Source of the DNA: Tubiluchus corallicola
Lineage: Eukaryota; Animalia; Priapulida
Direction of reading: 5' to 3'
Assembly (NCBI GenBank): GCA_030141605.1
Contig: JAQGDQ010000755.1
Span: forward strand, 1-42,057
Length of the DNA: 42,057 nt
Shown piece by piece: positions 36,891-42,057 of this stretch; within the stretch, counting starts at the first letter, position 1, and every line of letters starts with the position of its first letter. The notes under the pieces are model-generated. The model saw nothing but the letters and a program-made list of their open reading frames with translations. It was not told the origin of the DNA and made no database searches. The position numbers were made by a program, and so were the translations under genes.

Positions 36891-37714
36891 CTGCAAGCAA
36901 AAAACACGACACCTTTGCATTTTTTATAGAAAACATCAAGTATCAAGATCTAAGAATTCTAATTAAGAACCAAAAATTCCAAAAAAAACACAACACATTG
37001 TAAATAGAACTAAGAACTATAATGCAACAATAGTTTCATGCAGCTATATAAACAGCCAAAAATACGCACATTTTTTGTTTAACACACCACAAATTGTTAG
37101 AAAATGTAACTTCGTTTCTGCAATACACCACAAGCAGTTTTAAGCTCCATCATAGCTGCCACCTATTATAAAAACTATGAGTAAAGCTTGACGACACCAG
37201 TTTTAAGCAATAAATTTCTTTAGCAATTATACGTTACAAGCACTTTGAAGCTTCATGATAGATGCTGCCATCTATTAGACAAACTGTAAATCAACTGTGG
37301 TGATATTTTAGTTTTCATCGTAAAATTTCTACAATATACCACAAGCACTTCAAAGCTTAATGATACATGCTGCCATCTACTAGACAGACTGTGAATGAAG
37401 TGTGACGACATTCTAGTTTTTACTATACAGATAGGTGCCACCTAATCAAATAATTACGTATTTTTCTCTACGCGAGTCAAAAATTTTGACTTAGCATGCT
37501 GTAAAATTGTTTTAAAAATGCTCTTTAACAAAGAAAAACAAACCTGTACAATGACGACGAAGATTTTACAAATAAAACACCAATCTTTTGATGTGAGCTC
37601 AAAGCTAAGATGGCAACTAGCTCAGGGAGAGTGAACTTGCTAAGTTTCTTTTGGTAAATTGGACAGCAGACAAAAGAGTTTAAAGTTCAACCTGCGTTAT
37701 AATAGAGTTTCGCT

Positions 37715-38216
37715 CAGTGGCAGCTTGTGTACAGGTACAATGATACTGCAGCTTCCCCTATTTTCACTCAATATTATTGATAATATTCAATATAATAAGT
37801 CTTTTTTCTTTAGTTCTTTCTTTATACTTGTACGAAACCAGAGCACGTGAGGGTAGCACTGTTTTCTTCACAGCCCAGCACAGTGCGCTCCAGCAATACA
37901 GAGGTTGGCAGTTGTGCGCATGCGGCCATGCACGCATGTTTGAGCCCAGGTAGAAAAAGTACTGTTGCTCACACAGTTTTTTGTCAGTTGCCACATGCTT
38001 ACTGTGAATGGATAGAGCTTAAAATGCAACAGCCTAGGCTACTAGTAAGCAGAAAATATTTTTTGTTTAAGATTTTATCAAGTTTATGTACAAATTTTCG
38101 TATGTTTGTTTACAAATCACAACATTAAAATTATACGTGTTTGTTTCGTATTAAAACAATGGCTAAAAATTTTCTGAAGCAGCACCCCCAGTAATTTTAG
38201 CTACGAGTCGCCAATG
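37715..38216. mobile_element. MITE family B copy 3 (inside the inverted arm)
   Basis: Reverse complement of 25447-25948. Confidence 0.72.
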
Positions 38217-38810
38217 ATTTCTCTTCGGGTCAAACAGCTTGCAGAAAAAACGTTCTAGTGGCGCGTGGTGGGACTCTCGGAAGGAGATATTCTTTAGAAA
38301 GAAGAAGAACAGGGCTACAAGATGATGTGGGCTATATGTTAGGACAGGTCCACCAAGAGGAGTGCCGACGAGTTAATTAGATGTTCTATTTTTGGCAATT
38401 TCGCTTGGAAAACTGCTGACGCAAAGCCATTGTTGTGACGTCATCCATGATACTCTGCCTATAACTTTATAACTTCAATTCAGTAAAAGCTGCTGCTGCT
38501 AGCTTTGCGTTATAAGTGAGGACTGTATAGGATGTTCACGCATTATTGATGATAAGTGTATTTATACGCAAAATTTTTTGCGGGACTTTTGCTGGAAAAC
38601 ACAAAACACCAGTTGTTAGTTACACTTAAAAACAAAAACAAACAAATACATTTTTTCCAATTTATACAAGTTAGGAAAAGACAGTTTAAATTGATCTTTC
38701 TATGAAATATAGAAATAAAACATCTATAAGCAAATGGTACCCGTTAAAGCAGTGAGGTAAACTCAACACTAGTTAATGTAATCTTGAGAAAATACAGCAA
38801 GAAAACGCAC

Positions 38811-38912
38811 CTCAATCTTCTTACGACCAATCAGCATCGTCATCCAGCCAGGCATATCAAAGTCTTCGATGGCAATCGGAATCACGTGCTTTCTGTGCTC
38901 ACAGTAAAACAC
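38811..38912 (-). CDS. Inverted copy of exon 13
   Basis: One synonymous change (ATC>ATT). Confidence 0.88.
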
Positions 38913-38929
38913 CTGCAAGAATACTGTGC

Positions 38930-39460
38930 TTAAAGGAAGACCGGACGATTGTTTAGACTCAATCTCATTTTAATTTACTGTCCAAAATGTACATTTTCTT
39001 GTACATGAAAGCTAGCAGATTCTTCTTATATTTGAATAATTAACTTAGAAATTTAATTAACGGCAACCGAACACAGCTATTGCTTACGTCAGAAACTAAC
39101 TACAGTTTGTGCAATGGTAGGCAACTTCCCTTGCGCGTCAAGAACATATGCATAGTGCTACAGTACTGTTTAAACACACGATGACACGAAAAATGGGCTT
39201 TACATCATATGACTTCAGAAACTAACACTGCAGTTCATGATCATGGTTATCACGGTACCGCCTTCTATTTATAGGCCACACGGATGTGACAAAAAGGCGC
39301 CGTTGCCAATCTTAGTAGATTCACTGAGCCGCGCTTAGCTTTGAATGTTTAATTATTATTTTATCTAAGCTTTGATTAGAAAAAGCTATTGTAGTTTTCA
39401 ATATTTTAGAGCATTCTTTATTCTGAACTCGTGTTTACACAATCAGCCAGTTTTCCTTTA
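38930..39460. mobile_element. MITE family A copy 3 (inside the inverted arm)
   Basis: ttaaaggaagaccggacgattgttta ... cacaatcagccagttttccttta. Confidence 0.78.
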
Positions 39461-40303
39461 GGTGCTCAAGCTCAATGTGAAACAGGCCAGCAAGATTGGC
39501 AGCAAATAGTCGAAAAGGTGAGAATTCTCATAACTTTTATATAGTGAAATAATCAGTAAAAGACGGAAAGGAAAGTGAAACCGAGAATTACGGTGGTAAG
39601 AACCAAATGCATCAAAATTCAGCCACGGCACACAATCAACTACAGTAACGGTTAATGATTGAAAATTTCTTGCCTACATGAAAAACTTTGTCACTGACTA
39701 GAACAAAACAAAATAAGCAAAACAAAATCTAAAATAAGTTGAGTGTGTAATGTGCAGTTCTTTTAACTCGTTCAGGGTCGTAAGCGTTTGCTGCACATGC
39801 GGCAGTGCGTCTACCTGTCGGCACCCCAGTTCATTATACACTTTTTTCAGTAAATGTACAGTCAGTTATTGTTATACATCATACAGGTTTGTATGTGGTT
39901 TAGAGTCAATTATGCGGAGTTATTTGAGTCAATTGTCAACAGTTTTTATATACTTTTGCATAGGAACGACCTGTACTAGATGTTTTTGAGACAATTAGGT
40001 GACTGATTCTACATTACCGTGAGTCTAATACACGGCGACTACTGTATTAGTTTAGTATCAGTAAATACAGACAATTGGCAAATTCGGATCGACGTCTCGC
40101 CCGTTTTATATGCTTGCCCATTTGCATCACACTTGCCCATCACTTTGTGCAGCTTCCCAGAAGGCGGAACATCGTGAGTTCGAATCCCAGCGGTGACGCA
40201 TTATTTTTTAGACTTTCTTATTCATGTTTCCTGCATCTGTACGGTTGTGCAACTGGCTGCGTTCATTTTCTTCGCATCGCTAAATAGTTTTCGCTATTTC
40301 CAG

Positions 40304-40430
40304 GCACGATCACTCAAATTTTTTCTGGAACAACAAGGTTTGGAGGTGTGGCTGTCGGTCGAACAAGCTCCGCCTTCACCCGGGACGCCATACACGAAGA
40401 TGTCTCGCAGTGTCAGCGCCGACTACAAAG
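40304..40430 (+). CDS. Direct duplicate of exon 11
   Basis: Identical to 22214-22340, with splice sites. Confidence 0.85.
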
Positions 40431-40988
40431 GTATTTTCTTGGTAATCGTTCTAGTCATTCTGTTCATTTTGATAGCCATTTGTGTCAGTTCTGATTTTTA
40501 GTTTTTTTTTGTCAAATTTTTTTTAACTTTGTTGCTGATTGTACTTATCTCATCGTGTACGTGTTTGTATTTATATTATCTTAATATTTATTCGGGAAAG
40601 ATATTTTCTACTCAGTATTAAATGCTTAAACTTGCTAATGATGTTACTGCAATTTTGTAAAGTTGTGGCGATACCAGAACCTGTTTCGTTTTTAAAGATA
40701 AGCCGAAAGATGAGGCACAAACTTGGCAGAGGCATCTCACCCCTGCTGAATGCGTATACACCTCTTCTGCAGGGGCAGAGGCCAGAGGCAATTTGTCGCC
40801 CATTCATTTACTGACTCAGTTCAATGTTGCCCAACTTTGATCACTAAGCGCCAATTGTCACCAGTTGTTCTATTCTTCTTGGTCCCAAACAACCCACAGC
40901 ATAAAAAACGTCAATTTGAGTTTCTGACCACTCGTAGGACGTATTGCTGATACTCGTTCTTGCTAGTGTTCTATGCTTCCTGTTGCAG

Positions 40989-41128
40989 GTCAGCCTCATC
41001 CGATGCTGAAGATAACGCCAAGTTGCACGGCCGTCCCGGAGGACTTTCAAGTGAAGGCCGACGAGGCTGGCGTGGTCCTCTTCCTGCTCTCGGACGCTTT
41101 TGCTAAGTCGAAAACTAGCAAGACTCAG
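40989..41128 (+). CDS. Direct duplicate of exon 12
   Basis: Identical to 22899-23038, with splice sites. Confidence 0.85.
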
Positions 41129-42057
41129 GTACCGGCATTAACATGTTCGACAGGTGCTCAAAATTTTAAGACCACACGGATCTTATTGTAATATTTTTGA
41201 CGTCAGCTCTGTGCATTTGTGTTTTTGTAAATTGAGATATGTACTTATAATATGAAATATATAAGCGATTTAATTGGACAAAATTAAGAAAACGCTTCTT
41301 TTTCTATTCACGAGAATCTCGGATATGCAATCATGCTATTTGTTTACACATTTATAAGTGATTTAATTAGATAAAATTAAGAAAAAAATGCCCTCTTCAT
41401 GCACTTTAACGTAGCCTATCGAGCAGCTTAGTCTGGTGTGCACTTGGTGGAATGATCGTACACACTAATTATAGATTGCTTGCTTGCTACAGTCTAGGAG
41501 GACTGTCTGCTGTACAGAGTTGCTGGAAAAACCAACCGATCAGCCAAGGAGAAAAGGTGTTACCCTAATTTCTTCTGCTAAAAGGAGAAATCAAGGTCGT
41601 TTCACCTTTTAACAGGAATTGCTCATTAAAAATAGAGTACAGTTGACGCCAAAGTACATCAGAGTGTTGTATCTGGATAGTTGAAATTTTCTGCATTAGC
41701 CAATTTCACACAAGTGATACTGTACATTGTTACAGTGTAAACAGTGCAGTTACTGAAAGTTTTTCAATTTTTTCATCAAAAATCAATTTTTAATTTGCCT
41801 AATGTAAGCAGATGTATTTCATATTTAATTTTACATGAAAATCCATAGTGTGAGGAGTAGAAACCTACAAAAATTGTCAAATATAACCTAATCGCTGCTT
41901 AGTGAGAGAAGTTTTTCATGAACCAGTGCAAATGCAGCAATTGCTTACGACCCTGAACGAGTTAAAAGAACTGCACATTACACACTCAACTTATTTTAGA
42001 TTTTTTTTTGCTTATTTTGTTTTGTTCTAGTCAGTGACAAAGTTTTTCATGTAGGCA

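Larger units (their letters stand above)
32375..39795 (-). repeat. Large inverted duplication of 23843-~30170
   Basis: Collinear reverse-complement match including exons 13-16, MITEs and satellites, with scattered SNPs and indels. Confidence 0.96.
39792..42057 (+). repeat. Near-identical direct duplication of 21702-23967 (offset 18090), running off the window end
   Basis: Identical ORF set (for example 22103 and 40193, 22883 and 40973). Only one difference was noticed, near 42005. Confidence 0.97.

Overview
This is eukaryotic, AT-rich, intron- and repeat-rich DNA, most likely from an invertebrate animal (inferred). Most listed ORFs are artefacts of tandem repeats. Reading splice sites by hand gives one large + strand gene with 16 coding exons (5782-29196), all GT-AG introns with consistent phases, 2307 nt or 769 codons. 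The protein has an N-terminal MGCSSS acylation motif, two tandem ubiquitin-like-type repeats, a TIR domain that keeps the SARM1/ThsB-type catalytic Glu, a second degenerate TIR (Glu->Gln) and a SLOG (LOG/SMF-DprA) nucleotide-binding domain. This places a putative TIR signal writer and a SLOG reader, as in bacterial Thoeris, in one membrane-anchored animal protein. The 3' part of the gene lies in a complex rearrangement. Exons 13-16 recur inverted (about 32.4-39.8 kb) together with a 17th exon seen only on the minus strand, and 21702 onward is then repeated directly from 39792. Introns hold five or more satellites, three MITE families, a LINE RT fragment and a Penelope-like relic with a hammerhead ribozyme motif.
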